In this document: positions 39,236 to 52,059 of the stretch, piece by piece | Position numbering within the stretch: position 1 is the first letter of the stretch | Layout: every line of letters starts with the position of its first letter | From: Octopus vulgaris | Lineage: Eukaryota | NCBI GenBank assembly: GCA_951406725.2 | Contig: OX597814.1 | Span: 187,116,001 to 187,180,000, forward strand | Length of the DNA stretch: 64,000 nucleotides | Reading direction: 5' to 3' | Notes under the pieces: generated by a model | What the model saw: only the letters and a program-made list of their open reading frames with translations | The model's database searches: none | Told to the model about the DNA's origin: nothing | Translations under genes and position numbers: made by a program

Positions 39236-42200
39236 TCATCATTATCATTTAACATCCGTTTTCCATGCTGGCATGGGTTGGACAGTTTGACTGAGGTCTG
39301 GAGAGTCAGCAGTTGCACCAGACTCCAATGTTTCTATAGCTTGATGCCCTTCCTAACACCAGCCACTCTGAGAGTGTAGTGGTGCTTTTTTATGTGCCAC
39401 TGGCAGAGGAGCCAGTCAGGCAAGCCTGGCATTGATCATGTTCGGATAGTACTTTTGGCCACAATCAGTTGGTGCTTTTTATGTGCCACTAGCATGAGAG
39501 CCAGTCAAGGAGTATGAACATTGGCCACATTCAGATGGTACTTTTTATGTACCACAGGCATGGGAGCCAGTCAGGCAGACCTGACATCGATTATATTTGG
39601 ATGGTGCTTTTTATGTGCCACTGGTACGGGAGCCAGTCAGGGGGCACTGGTCACAGCAATGATATTGGTTTTACTTGACTCAACAGGTCTTCTTAAGCAT
39701 ATCATATCACATGAAGCATCAAGGGTACTCTTAACTGTGACAGACATGCATGGCTGTGATCTCACTTTAGTTGCTAGGTCTTCTCACTCACAGCATATTT
39801 CCAAAGATCTCGGTCTCCAGTCATTGCCTCTGTGAGGCCCAATATTTGAAGGTCATGCTTTACCACCTCATCCCATCTCTTCTTGGGTCTACCTCTTCCA
39901 CAGGTTACTTCCACAGTTAGGGAGTGGCACTTCCTCACACAGCTGTCCTCATCCACATGTAACACCTGACCATACTAGTGCAGTCGTCTCTCTTGCACAC
40001 CACATTTAATGCTTCTTATACCTAACTTTTCTCTCAGTCTGCTTATACTCTGTCATGTATGCACACTGATATTACACATCCAACGGATCATACTAGCTTC
40101 ATTTCTTTCAAGCATACATATGTCCTCAGCAGTCATGGCCCATGTTTCACTGCTGTGTAGCATGGCATTCCACACATGTGCATCATACAATCTACCTTTC
40201 ATCCTAAGCGAGAGGCCCTTTGTCGCCAGCAGAGGTAGGAGCTCTCTGAACTTTGTCCAGGCTATTCTTATTCTAGCCACTACACTCTCAGAGCAACCAG
40301 CTATTAGAGTATAGAGAAGCTTCCAGGGACATCTGGTCTTAAATTCCTCTGTTATTGCCTGATGAATAAGACGGGGCTGAGGACTGATCTTTGGTGGACC
40401 CCTATCCCTATCCGGAATTCTTCACTATACTCTTTGCCAACCCTCACCTTAATGACAGCATTCCTGTACAGGGCTTGTACAGCTCTTACCAACCACTATC
40501 CCTAGTTTCTGCATTGACCACTAGATAAGGGATTGGGGGACCCTGTCAAAAGCTTTCTCCAAGTCAACAAAAAGCCAAGTACAGAGATTTATATTTGGCA
40601 AGATATTTCTCCTGCAGTTGCCTTACCAGAAACATAGCATCAGTGGTGCTTCTGCCTGGCAGAAAACCAAACTGCATCTCATCTAGGCTAACTCTCTCTC
40701 TAATTAGTTGGGCTATGACCTTCTCCATAACTTTCATCACCTGATCCAATAATTTGATACCCATATAGTTATTTCTATCTAAAGCATCACCTTTACCTTT
40801 GTAGTAGTTAACTATGGTGCTGCTACACCAAGTCATTGGGTATGACTCTTTCATGAACTACCTGATTTATGATGCAGGTGACTAGACCATAACCCACACC
40901 ACCTAATATTTTAAGCATCTCAGCAGTGATTCCTGATGGGCCAGGTGCTTTCCCTGTCTTCATATCCTTAACTGCTTTATCTACCAGGTCAATTCGGTAG
41001 CTGGTCCTTCAGTTGGGTCACCTCCTCCCATTCCTTCTCCACATTTATCAGTCTTTCATAATGGCATCTCCAAGCCTTTTTCTTTGCAGAATCATTAAAT
41101 GCAAGAGCACCATCATCCATGTGGACACATTTCTCTCCTATGACATCACAGTGTTCTCTGACACACTGTCTTGCAATCCGAAATACTTCAGTTCTTTGGT
41201 CCTCACGTTGCTGAACATTAGCAAAGTTCTTTTCAGCTACTCCCTTAGCTATATATACCTATTTCTTTATTACCCACAAGGGGCTAAACACAGAGGGAAC
41301 AAACAAGGACAGACATAGGTATTAAGTCGATTACATCGACCCCAGTGCGTAACTGGTACTTAATTTATCGACCCTGAAAGGATGAAAGGCAAAGTCGACC
41401 TCGGTGGAATTTGAACTCACAATGTAACGCAGACGAAATACCGCTAAGCATTTCGCTCAGCGTGCTAACGTTTCTGCCAGCTCGCCTTAGCTATATATAC
41501 CTGTCTCCTAGCTTCTCTTTTGCCTATCTCATACATTCCCCTGCTACCCTTACTCCTCGAGGCCTTCCAAGCCTGTTTCTTTGTTCTAATGGCCCTGTCT
41601 ACAGTATTGTTCCACCACCATGTTACCCTAGGTCTGGAAGGGACTTTGCACCAGCCACAGATTTGGTCTGTGGCACTCAGCAAGCTGTCTTGCAGGAATT
41701 CCCAGCTGCCTTCTATATCACAGGAGTGTAGTTCCTCCTCCCTATCATCAAATTTCTCGGTAAGGACATCCCTAAATCTCTGACCATGTGAAGGGTTCTT
41801 AAGCTTCCAAGTCCTTCTTTTCCAGATTGGTCTTTTTTGTATCCTTCTGGCCTTGAGTCTAAAGTCACTAATAACTAGTCTGTGTTGAGGGTACATTCTT
41901 CACTAAGGACGGTCTTTGTATTTAAGAGCAACCATGCATCCCGCTGTCTGGTGAGAATGAAATCAATCTGGCTAGTAGAGTCACCTGATTGATAGGTTAT
42001 CAGGTGGCTAGCTGGCTTCCTGAAGTTGGTGTTGCAGATCAATAGGTTATTTGCATAGTAGAACTCCAGGAGCCTAGTTCCCTCTTCATTTCTGGTACCA
42101 ACTCTATGGCCACCCCCATGTACACTATGGAAGATACCAGGTTGCTTGCTGTCCAACATGCCCATTAAAATTTCCAGCCACAAAGATGAGATCATTGTCA

Positions 42201-42895
42201 CACATCTTTAAGTTAGCCTGCAGGAAAATATCATAAAAGTGATCATTCTGTTCATTAGGTAGGCTTGCTTGTGGGGCATAGGCAGAGATAATTGTAGCTA
42301 TACTGTTCTGCAAGACTAGCTTGAGTTTAAGTACTCTGTTGCACACCCTCACTACCTTATGCACCCATTTCTCTGCAAGAAGTATGCCCACACCCCCTAT
42401 TCCATCACTGTTACCGTCCCAGAAGAGTTTATACCTATGTGCTTTGCTAGTGAGGACTCTGGCTGAAGCTCCTCTCCGTCTTACCTTTTGTACACAACAT
42501 ACATCAATACATCTCTGCAATCTTGCTAGACCTACCTTTCAATGTGCCTACATTGGAAAGAGATACGGGAAGTAACACAGGAAGGAGAGATGTTATTCAG
42601 CACCTGAAAAGAAGGTTCCCGTGATCATTTAGTAACAGACGTCATAATAGTTGTTCTTGCTTTTAACCTACCATCATTCAAACATGTTAGAGTGAAGGTT
42701 GTTGCCTCTACTGGGGAGGGGGGATGAAGCATTGTATATGAAAGTGTTTGGGGCATTGTAAATATAAGTATTACAAGCATTGTGGGTGTAAGCATTACTG
42801 ATGCTGCAGATATAAATGTGAAAAAAAAAGAGGGTAAGTGGGCTGCTATCTGGTTTAATTAGTCTAGAGATGAGTTTAGGAGAAAGGAGAGGGAG
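39236..42895 (-). mobile_element. Near full-length decayed RTE LINE (APE endonuclease, RT, 3' UTR)
   Basis: Endonuclease motifs GGVGILL, ISAYAPQ, GNFNGHVG, QIDFIL, HRLV; RT motifs YKGKGDALDRNNY.GIKLL, QFGFLPGRSTTDA; C-terminal RGRPKKRWDEVVKHDL; the YADD region is deleted near 40315; family C 3' UTR at 39236-39760. Confidence 0.9.
41261..41484 (-). mobile_element. Young SINE B inserted into the RTE with a target-site duplication
   Basis: CCTTAGCTATATATACCT at 41243-41260 and again at 41485-41502. Confidence 0.9.
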
Positions 42896-43515
42896 CTCCA
42901 GGCCATAACAGGGGAATTTAAGACTGGAATCCCATGGGAACTACTATATGCTGATGATTTTGCTCTCATAGCAGAATCTGTAACAGAATTAGAAAAGAAA
43001 TTCCCAGTGTGAAAACAGAATTTGGACTCAAAGTGTCTTAAAGCAAACTCAGCAAAGACTAAGGTCCAAGTAAGCAAGAAATTGGATGGGACCCTTCAAC
43101 TTTCTAGTAAATGGCCCCACTGAATATGTAGGAAAGGTATAGGCCAAAATTTCATTTAGTGTACCAGTGCAAGCTATGGACACACAAGAGACGCAGTAGA
43201 GTAATAGGAAGGTTAACAGAGAAAGTAGTATTTGTCTGTGGAAGACATACAGGAGCCATAAAGACCAGATACACAGGAAACCGATTTCCTTTAAACGTCC
43301 TGGTGGCTTTTTGGAAGTTGTAAATAATTTTTGCTACCTAATTAACAGTGGATGAGGTTGCTACCTAATTAACAGTGGATGAGGTTGTACAGGAAGTGTA
43401 ATTGCTAGAATGAGAATAAGATGGAAACAGTTCAGAGAGCTTTTACCTCTGTTGGCAGCTAAAGGTTTCTCTTTCCAAGTGAAAGGAAGTTTGTATGAAG
43501 CATATATTATACAAA
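42896..43515 (+). mobile_element. RTE LINE remnant, right part of the split + strand element (contains YADD)
   Basis: LQAITGEFKTGIPWELLYADDFALIAES...ARMRIRWKQFRELLPLL continues the RT where 38187-39225 stops. Confidence 0.85.
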
Positions 43516-43705
43516 CTGTGTGTATGTGTGTGTGTTTATGTATGTGCATATATGTATATATATATATATATATTAATAAAAAGAATTCCAACCTTGTCTG
43601 ATTTTCACGTTTTATTTACAATCTTATAATGATATATTATAAGATAATATATTATAATTGAATAAAATAAAATGAAATAGTAGAATGTTAAATATTCATT
43701 CTGAT

Positions 43706-43750
43706 TGAACTAGTACTTTCATGCATTGAATTCTGCAATCTTCAGGTTCA
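43706..43750 (-). ncRNA. Minimal type I hammerhead ribozyme (intact core)
   Basis: Minus strand: TGAAC-CTGAAGA-T-TGCA-GAATTCAA-TGCA-T-GAAA-GTAC-TA-GTTCA; stem I TGAAC/GTTCA, palindromic GTAC in stem III, UA cleavage site. Confidence 0.75.
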
Positions 43751-43997
43751 TGTAGTAGTGTTGACAGTCATGCTTCACAATTTTTGACTGTAGCAAGATG
43801 AGTGATTCTGTGCTATAAATACAGCTGGGTAGGCTCCAGAGTGCTAGGTTTTGCAAACTGTATTCTGACCAATCAGTGTGTAGTATCACTCAATTACTTA
43901 AGCTGATTGGTTGGTTGAGCTGATTGGTTTAGGCATCACGCTTTGTTGGACAGGTCAAGAGTCCTGTATCTTGACCCTGTATCTCAACACTACTACA

Positions 43998-44042
43998 TGA
44001 ACCCGAAGATTGCAGAATTCAATGCATGAAAGTACTAGTTCA
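43998..44042 (+). ncRNA. Minimal type I hammerhead motif with a core mutation (CCGAAGA)
   Basis: Mirror copy of 43706-43750 with U4 changed to C at 44004. Confidence 0.6.
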
Positions 44043-44206
44043 ATCAGAATGAATATTTAACATTCTACTATTTCATTTTATTTTATTCAATTATAATATA
44101 TTATCTTATAATATATCATTATAAGATTGTAAATAAAACGTGAAAATCAGACAAGGTTGGAATTCTTTTTATTAATATATTCTTCTATACACAATCACAC
44201 ACACCC

Positions 44207-44254
<48 letters not shown>

Positions 44255-44699
44255 GGAGAATATATATATATATATATTCTCTACAGTGATTGTTGAGAAA
44301 GGGTAAGGTTCTGAAGTCTCTTTTGTCTTATCTCACTAAGAACTTATTAACATCTAGTGTTGGGGTCAGAAGAAAATGCACCCAATACACTCTGTAAACT
44401 TGGTTGGTGATAGGAAAGGCATCCATCCACAGAAACTAAGCCAAATGACATGTATGAACAGCAGTCTATGATAGCAGTAGCTTCCAATAAGAAATGACTG
44501 ACAGCTCTCAAACCCATGCCTTCATGGAAAGTGAATGTAAATGATGATGATGATGATTATGTTGATGAAGAGGGGGACAATGATATAGATGATGATGATG
44601 ATGATGATGGCAACAGTCATGACAACAATGATGAAGACAATGATAGTGATGATGACAATATGTGAATTCATTTTCTTAAAGAACAAGAGATAAGCCTCA

Positions 44700-45150
44700 A
44701 GTGCCTGCAACAAACTTCATAACACCTGGCAATCAAGTATTTCATAAGTCAACAAGGCTGACCTTCTTTAGGGTATGTTTGGAAAGCATTCTCCTATATG
44801 GAGTCAAAGCATTGACTGTGAAAAAGGAGCTTCAAGATTACGTAGACTACATACACCAGGCTCCTCATGTGAGCTTGAAACACCTCATGGCATGAACACA
44901 AGACCGAAGAAGAGATTTATGGAAACATTCCAACCATCTCTACTATTGTATGGAAAGCTTTGCTGGCCACTGCTGCTGTGCCAAACAACAGGCCATACCA
45001 GAAACTTCCACATTCTAATAGATAAAGACCACTCAACTTCATTGATGTTATTAACAGAGGCACACAATATAAAATTGAAGACTTGCCAAAGTTAATGGGA
45101 GACAGATATTCCTGGTTTTGATATCATGAAACACATCTTGAGAACAGCAG
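44700..45150 (+). mobile_element. Decayed RTE-group LINE 3' ORF fragment
   Basis: RLTFFRVCLESILLYGVKALTV matches the K+++F...+.SILLYG.E.WT motif. Confidence 0.5.
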
Positions 45151-45379
45151 CTTGGATATATATATATATACATATATATATACATATACATATATATATA
45201 TATACACATCAGCTCAGCTATCTCTCAACCCCTGCATCAGTAGCTTCCTGGTGGTTTGCATCCTTGCATCATGTGCTGACAGAGCTTTTTCTGTCTCACT
45301 CCCAATCAAACTCCAGTGTGCACCAGGGTTCAGCTTTATCCCTCAGTCTCTTCTTGAACAAGAAAAATCTATGAGAAAA

Positions 45380-48130
45380 TTTCAAATCACAAGTTCATGA
45401 TGCAGCATCTGCCACTTTGGGCAACAAGTCAAAGAAAGTAGCAGATTGGTTTATTGGCAATGACCTGGAAATTATTAATCTTCCTCGTGAAAAGCAACAA
45501 CTAAGCAAAAAAAATTCTGAGAAAATCAAATAATCCTAACCAAGACATGAGATATTAATCTCCTGAATTAAAAATTCAGTGAAATCTCTGAAAAATGAAA
45601 GTCAAGTGGTGGTACCAAAAAGCAAAAGATGCACGAGATGCTATAAACTGCAAAGATACAAAAGCCTTCTTTTCTTTTGTAAAAGAGGTGTTTAGCTTTA
45701 GCTCAATATTTATAGCTCCAGAGAGGTTTGTTGATGGCCAACAGTTCTTTACTGATGTCACCTTCATACAGAAAAAATGGGTACAGCACTATACTGATCT
45801 TCTCAATAGGCAATCAAATATAAATATGAGAATAATTGAGGAAATGGTAAACCTTCTTGCTGTTGAAGAAATGTCTGTTTGGCTAACACAAGATGATATT
45901 GCATCAGCTGTAAAGAAGCTCAATAATAAAGCTCTGGGTATTGATAGCTTAAGCTCAGATATTTTAAAGTTTGGTGGGGGAAAGAACTACCGAACTATTT
46001 CATTATTTACTTATTTCTTTACTGCCCACAAGGGGCCACACACAGAGGAGACAAACAAGGACAGACAAACGGATTAAGTCGATTATATCGACCCCAGTGC
46101 ATAACTGGTACTTATTTAATCGACCTTGAAAGGATGAAAGGCAAAGTCGACCTTGGCGGAATTTGAACTCAGAATGTAGTGGCAGATGAAATACCACTAA
46201 GCATTTCGTCCGGTGTGCTAATGTTTCTGCCAGATCACTGCCTTAAATACTTGTATACTATTAGAAGGAAGAGGAGGTGCCTCATGACTAAGTTGATGCT
46301 ATTCTCGTTTCCCTACATAAATCTGGTCCTAAAGACTTATGTGGAAATTTCGGTGGAATATCTTTATTATCAGTTGTTGGAAAAGTGCTTCCCCATGTTC
46401 TTGAAGAGTGCCAGAGTCACAATGCGGCTTCTACACTTCTTCAAGGACAGTTGATATGCTCTTTATTATCTAGTAGTGACAAGAGAAATGCAACAAGCAA
46501 AACAAATCATTATTTTGTGGATCTTTTGATACGATTAATAGGAATGCACTGCAGCTGATGCTGAAGAAATTTGGCTGTCCTACAAAGTTTGTGAATATAG
46601 CCATGGCTCTCAATAAGGATATGATAGCCTGCATTAACTTTTGTAGAACTCTGTCGGAACCATTTCTGGTTGAAAATGGAGTTGAGCTAGGTGATCTCAA
46701 AGTACTGACACTCTCTCCATATATTTTGTAGCGATGCTTTCAAGTGCATTTGCATCTTCAACAGATGGCATCGATATACGACACCACTCTTCAGGTAATG
46801 TGTTTAATCTGACAAGAATAAACTTTAAAATCCAATGTCTTTACTTCTCTACTATGTGATCTTTCATATGCAGATGACTGCAACCTAGTAAGTCACATTG
46901 AGCAAAGCTTACAGAATCTAATTTGTGCATTTGATTCTTCATGTGATATATTTGGTCTCAGAATTAATTTGAAAAAAACTGTTGTAATGCCCCTGGAGAA
47001 TAATTCATCACACCTCAGATACTGGAGAAGGATAGTACAATGCTTAAAGTGATGACTTCTTTTGAATACTTGGGTAGCATGGTACATGTTGATGTTTATC
47101 ATCCTCGTTTAATGTCCAATTTCCATGCTAGCTAGCATGGGTTGGATAATTTGACTGAGGTCTAGTGAACCAGATGGCTGCACCAGACTCCAATCTAATG
47201 GAAACCTAAATATAGAAATCACTTCTTGTATTCAAAGGGCAGCAAAAGCCTTTGGCAGCCTACAATGTAAAGTCTGGTCAAAACGCCTTAACAAATCTGA
47301 TACTAGGATCATGGTATACGTCTATTTGTTCTTTCTACATTGTTGTATTCTTCTGAATCTTGGACAATATACATGTGTCATGAAAAAATGTTGGAAAGAT
47401 TTCACCAGAAATGTCTCCACCACATACTCAGAATAAGCTAGCCCTCACTCATTCCTGATACTGAAGTTAGAATCACATCAATCTAAGCCATGCTTATTAG
47501 GAATCAACTATGCTGGACAGGCCATCTCATCTACATGAATGCTTTGTAGTGAACTTAGGTTGGGAAAAAGAAAAAATTGTAAACCAGAGAAAAGATACAA
47601 AGACTTTAAAATCAAATTCGAAATGCCTTAAATTATGTTACAAAAGTCTTGAACAACTTGCAGCAGAGCTATGATTTGGAGCAATGTTAAAGATTTTGAA
47701 CTTAACAGTTATGCATGCTGAAATGAAAAGAAAATTTTGTAACAATGAGATTAATATGATTAGCATTGCAAGAGTTTCTTATTCCTTCTTTAAATGTTCT
47801 TTATGCAAAAAAGTATGCATATCTTACACTGGTATAAGATCTCACCATGCCCATGTCGGTAAGGCATTCATGAACTATTAGAATTTCATTTTCAATGCAA
47901 CGTCTGTCAAAAAAACCTGCAAGTCAGATGGTGGGGTGGGGTGAAGTAGCTCTTGAACATTCATAATAAACAAATGGAAAATGGATCCCTTGCTGAAATG
48001 AGTTATTGCTGCATTATGTGTGATCAGCTCTTCAAATGCCTTTCAGATCTCAAAAGTAAATTTAAGATCTGCTGCTAGTAAAGAGCAATTATATGTACAA
48101 GAAGAGAGCTTTGCAAGGAGCAGACAGCCA
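45380..48130 (+). mobile_element. Decayed RTE (BovB-like) LINE ORF with C-terminal zinc-finger remnants; SINE B inserted at 46004-46245(-)
   Basis: WWYQKA, AVKKLNNKALGIDSLSSDILKFGG, FDTINRNAL..MLKKFGCP.KFV, SYADDC, IQRAAKAFGSL; FKCSLCKKVCISYTGIRSH and FQCNVCQKTCKS. Confidence 0.75.
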
Positions 48131-48529
48131 CCATATATTGAATAGAAAGACAGACAAACAAAAAGACAAATGAATAAGTCATGGAGTTATCTGTTCATAA
48201 GAACAAGAATAGACCACTTAAAGAAATGAGATTAAAGTACTGAGACTGAGGACTGATAGGTTTCATTAAAAAATGAATCCAACAAAATACATTTTATTAG
48301 CAATAATATTTTTTTCTAATTTTGGCACAAGGCTGGTAATTTTGAGGTGACAGGGTTAGTCAATTACATTGATCCCAGTCATCAACCTGTACTTTATTTT
48401 ATCAACCTCAAATGGATAAAAGGCAAAGTTGACCTCAGTAATATTTGAACAAAGAATGTAAAGAACCAAAAGAAATACCACAAAGTACTTTGTCTGACTG
48501 AAGCTAATAATTCTGCCAATCCACTGCCC

Positions 48530-48584
<55 letters not shown>

Positions 48585-48594
48585 AATAAATAAA

Positions 48595-48841
48595 TGCGCC
48601 CTTTTAAAGCCTAGCCAGGCTCATGGGCTCGGTTTCCTGGTTTCAATGGCGTATGTGTTCCCCAGCTGGATGGGACACCAGTCCATCGCAGTGTTACTCA
48701 TTTTTGCCAACTGAGTGGATTGGAGCAACGTGAAATGAAGTGTTTTGCTCAAGAACACAACGCGTCACCCGGTCCAGGAATCGAAACCACAATCTTACGA
48801 TCATGGTGCTGACACCCTAACCACTAAGCCACGCACCTCCA
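48595..48841 (-). mobile_element. tRNA-derived SINE family E
   Basis: Head GGAGGTGCGTGGCTTAGTGGTTAG...GGTTTCGATTCC; body TTCTTGAGCAAAACACTT, CTGCGATGGACTGG.GTCCC.TCCAG; related copies at 50391-50709(-) and 60067-60350(+). Confidence 0.8.
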
Positions 48842-48890
48842 TATAATAATAATAATAATAACAATAATAATAATAACAATAACAATAATA

Positions 48891-49295
48891 AAGCAAGTAT
48901 AAAGATCTTGAAATAGAAATTAGCAAAATGTGGAACCTGAAGACTAAAACAATACTTGTTGTCATAGGTGCCCTGGGAATGATAGCAAAAGGGGCAGAGT
49001 GCTACCTAGCTCAGATACCAGGAAACCCCAAAATGGCAGAAATTCAAACGATAGTGCTCATGGGAATTGCCCATATCCTATGAAAAATATTTTCTATATA
49101 ATCCCAAGTTTTAAAACAAACACATCATTTTCCTATGGTTTCTTAAACATTCTCTAGAACAACACTATGTACAAAACCAAATATATGGCACCCTAGGTAT
49201 AACATCAACATGAACTTCCAACTTGTTGTCTCTTGAGGTCTCTGGGTGAGACTTGGAGCCAACTTGTACAAATGTAAAGCAAAAGTCAAACATAA

Positions 49296-49297
<2 letters not shown>
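48891..49297 (+). mobile_element. 5'-truncated R4/Dong-like (REL endonuclease) non-LTR retrotransposon in (TAA)n
   Basis: SKYKDLEIEISKMWNLKTKTILVVIGALGMI...IQTIVLMGIAHIL is the REL C-terminal signature; both flanks are (AAT)n, consistent with the known TAA-repeat targeting of Dong. Confidence 0.8.
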
Positions 49298-49344
<47 letters not shown>

Positions 49345-49369
49345 TCAATAATAATAACAACAACAACAA

Positions 49370-50317
49370 CAAGAGCACTCAGAGAGTGCAAACCTCTGCC
49401 AAGGCAACACCAACATCTTTTCAACGATTAGCCGGAGATGAATTTTAAAATGAGAATATCTGAAATAAACTTGACTGCTCTAACAAATGAGAATACTAAA
49501 AATGAACCCAACTGCTCTCAAAAATTAAGTAAAAAAAACTAGAAAATTAATCTAGAATCCTTTTCTGGTACCTGATCAATCTCAATGGTAGTCATGGATT
49601 GTTAGTGGAGGCGCAATGGCCCAGTGGTTAGGGCAGCGGACTCGTGGTCATAGGATCGCGGTTTCGATTCCCAGACCGGGCGTTGTGAGTGTTTATTGAG
49701 CGAAAACACCTAAAAGCTCCACGAGGCTCCGGCAGGGGATGGTAGTGATCCCTGCTGTACTCTTTCACCACAACTTTCTTTCACTCTTACTTCCTGTTTC
49801 TGTTGTACATGTATTTCAAAGGGCCGGCCTTGTCACTCTCTGTGTCACGCTGAATATCCTCGAGAACTACGTTAAGGGTACACGTGTCTGTGGAGTGCTC
49901 AGCCATTTACACGTTAATTTCACGAGCAGGCTGTTCCGTTGATTCGGATCAACCGGAACCCTCATCGTCGTAACCGACGGAGTGCTTCCCATGGATTGTT
50001 AATAATAGAGAAACGAAAATAAAACTTTGGAAACAGCAACGTTGCCATAATTTATGTGGAAACCATGAGCATGCTTTCAAGGGAGATAATCAGAGATTGC
50101 AATATTTCATGTAAAGTAAAGTAAATATAACAAATAATCCAGAATCCTTGTCCGGTACCATATTGATTCCCAAATCAAATCAGTTTGTGCCAGTCATGAG
50201 GCCAAACATCCCTGAAAGTTTCATCCGAATCCATCCAGTGGTTTTTGAGATATCTTGTCCTCGGACAAACAAACAAACACGACTGAAAACAATACTTCAG
50301 CCTTCACTAAGGCAGAG

Positions 50318-50320
<3 letters not shown>
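49370..50320 (-). mobile_element. Helentron/DINE-like element, second copy, interrupted by SINE D
   Basis: Reverse complement of 25300-25678 at both ends, in (AAT)n context. Confidence 0.65.
49605..49989 (+). mobile_element. Young tRNA-derived SINE family D (resembles octopus OR-type) with a 12-bp TSD
   Basis: Head GGAGGCGCAATGGCCCAGTGGTTAGGGCAGCGGACTCG...GGTTTCGATTCCC; CATGGATTGTTA at 49593-49604 and 49990-50001. Confidence 0.85.
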
Positions 50321-50369
<49 letters not shown>

Positions 50370-52011
50370 CACTAATAATAATAAACACTGGCTCTCTGTC
50401 ACTTACAAAGGTTCCAGTTGATCTGATCAACACAACAGCCTACTCATGAAATTAACGTGCAAGCGGCTGAGCACTCCACAGTCATGTGTACCCTTAATGT
50501 AGTTTTCAGAGAGATTCAGCATGACACAGAATGTTTAACAAGACTGGCCCTTAAAAATACAGACACTGCTCAATTTTTGGCAGCTGAGTGAACTGAAGCA
50601 ATGTGAAATAAAGTGTCTTACTCAAGGACACAACACACCACCAGGAATTGAACTCACAACTTTACAATCATGAGCCAGATATTCTAACCACTAAGCCATG
50701 TGCCTTCACAATAATAATAATGATAGGCCTTTCTACTGAAATGCCTGAAGTTTGGGGTAGGGGGATAGTCGATTACATTGACCCTAGTACTCAGCTGGTA
50801 CTTTCCTCATCAACCATGAAAGGATGGAAAGCAAAGCTGACCTCAGCGGAATTTAAACTCAGAATCAAAATCAAACCAAATTCACAAATTTGATGACTGG
50901 TACCCATGCCAGTGGAGCGCTAAGAGCATCATCCAAGCATGATTGCTGCCAGAGCAGCTGACTGACTTCCATGCTGGTGGCTCATAAAAAGCATAATTCA
51001 AATGTGATCGTTACCAGCATCACCTTACTGGCACTTCTGCCAGTGTCATGTGAGAAACATTTGAACGAGGGCATTACCAGTGCCACTGGACTGGCTCCTG
51101 TGCAGGTGGCATGTAAAAAAAACACCACTTGAGCGTGGCCATTGCCAGTACCGCCTGACTGGCCCTTGCACCAGTGGCATGTAGAAACATCCACTACACT
51201 CTCGGAGTGATTGGCGTTAGGAAGGGCATCCAGCTGTAGAAACTCTGCCAGATCAGATTGGAGCCTGGTGCAGCCATCTGGTTCGTCAGTCCTCAGTCAA
51301 ATCGTCTGACCAATGCTAGCATGGAAAGCGGACGTTAAACAATGATGATGATGATTATGATGATGATGACACCAGCAGACGAAATACTGCAAAGAATTTC
51401 GCTCAGCATGCTAATGATTCTGCCAGCTCACCACCTTGATGATGATAATAATAACATATGAACAAAAAGTAGAAGCTTTACCTGGACCCTCAACACGACA
51501 CACTATCCAAAAGATAGCCCTGTAAGGAACAGCCCACATTCTATGCAAGACTCCATCAATTCAATAATACAACCCAAACAAAACAACCCACAAACACAAG
51601 ACACTCTATATAGCAAATATCCAATAAGATAACCACCAGCAGGCCGGTTACCCAACACATTACACACACAACACACAATTACAAGCACTAATACAACAAA
51701 AGACTGCACCAGACCCCATAACAAAAGAAATAGATGCTATACAATACCAGGAAGAGTTTGCACTCCCCCAACAACAAAAAAGAACATGCAATGCTGCACA
51801 CACCTCAGCAACATGGAGGTGTAGCAGGTGATGCAGTAGAAATTTTACCTGAAACTACCAAATGTTGAACAATAATAATAATAATAATAATAATAATGGT
51901 TTCAAAGTTTAGCACAAGGCCTGCAAGTTCAAGAGAGATGGGCTAAGCTGATTACATTGACCCTAGTGCGCATCTGGCACTTATTTTATCAACTGCTAAA
52001 GGGATGAATAG

Positions 52012-52013
52012 CA

Positions 52014-52059
<46 letters not shown>

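Larger units (their letters stand above)
43568..44180. mobile_element. Fold-back element with 197-bp inverted arms, each containing a minimal hammerhead motif, flanked by TA-rich microsatellite
   Basis: Arms 43568-43764 and 43984-44180 are reverse complements, with one mismatch by eye. Confidence 0.85.

Noticed and set aside
39380-39660. Regularly spaced GGTGCTTTTTATGTGCCAC repeats resembling a CRISPR array
   Set aside because: The intervening segments are homologous to each other, the context is eukaryotic and there are no cas genes; it is a minisatellite in an RTE 3' UTR.
49605-49685. tRNA-like sequence
   Set aside because: It continues into a SINE body bounded by a TSD and lacks a proper acceptor stem; it is a SINE head, not a tRNA gene.
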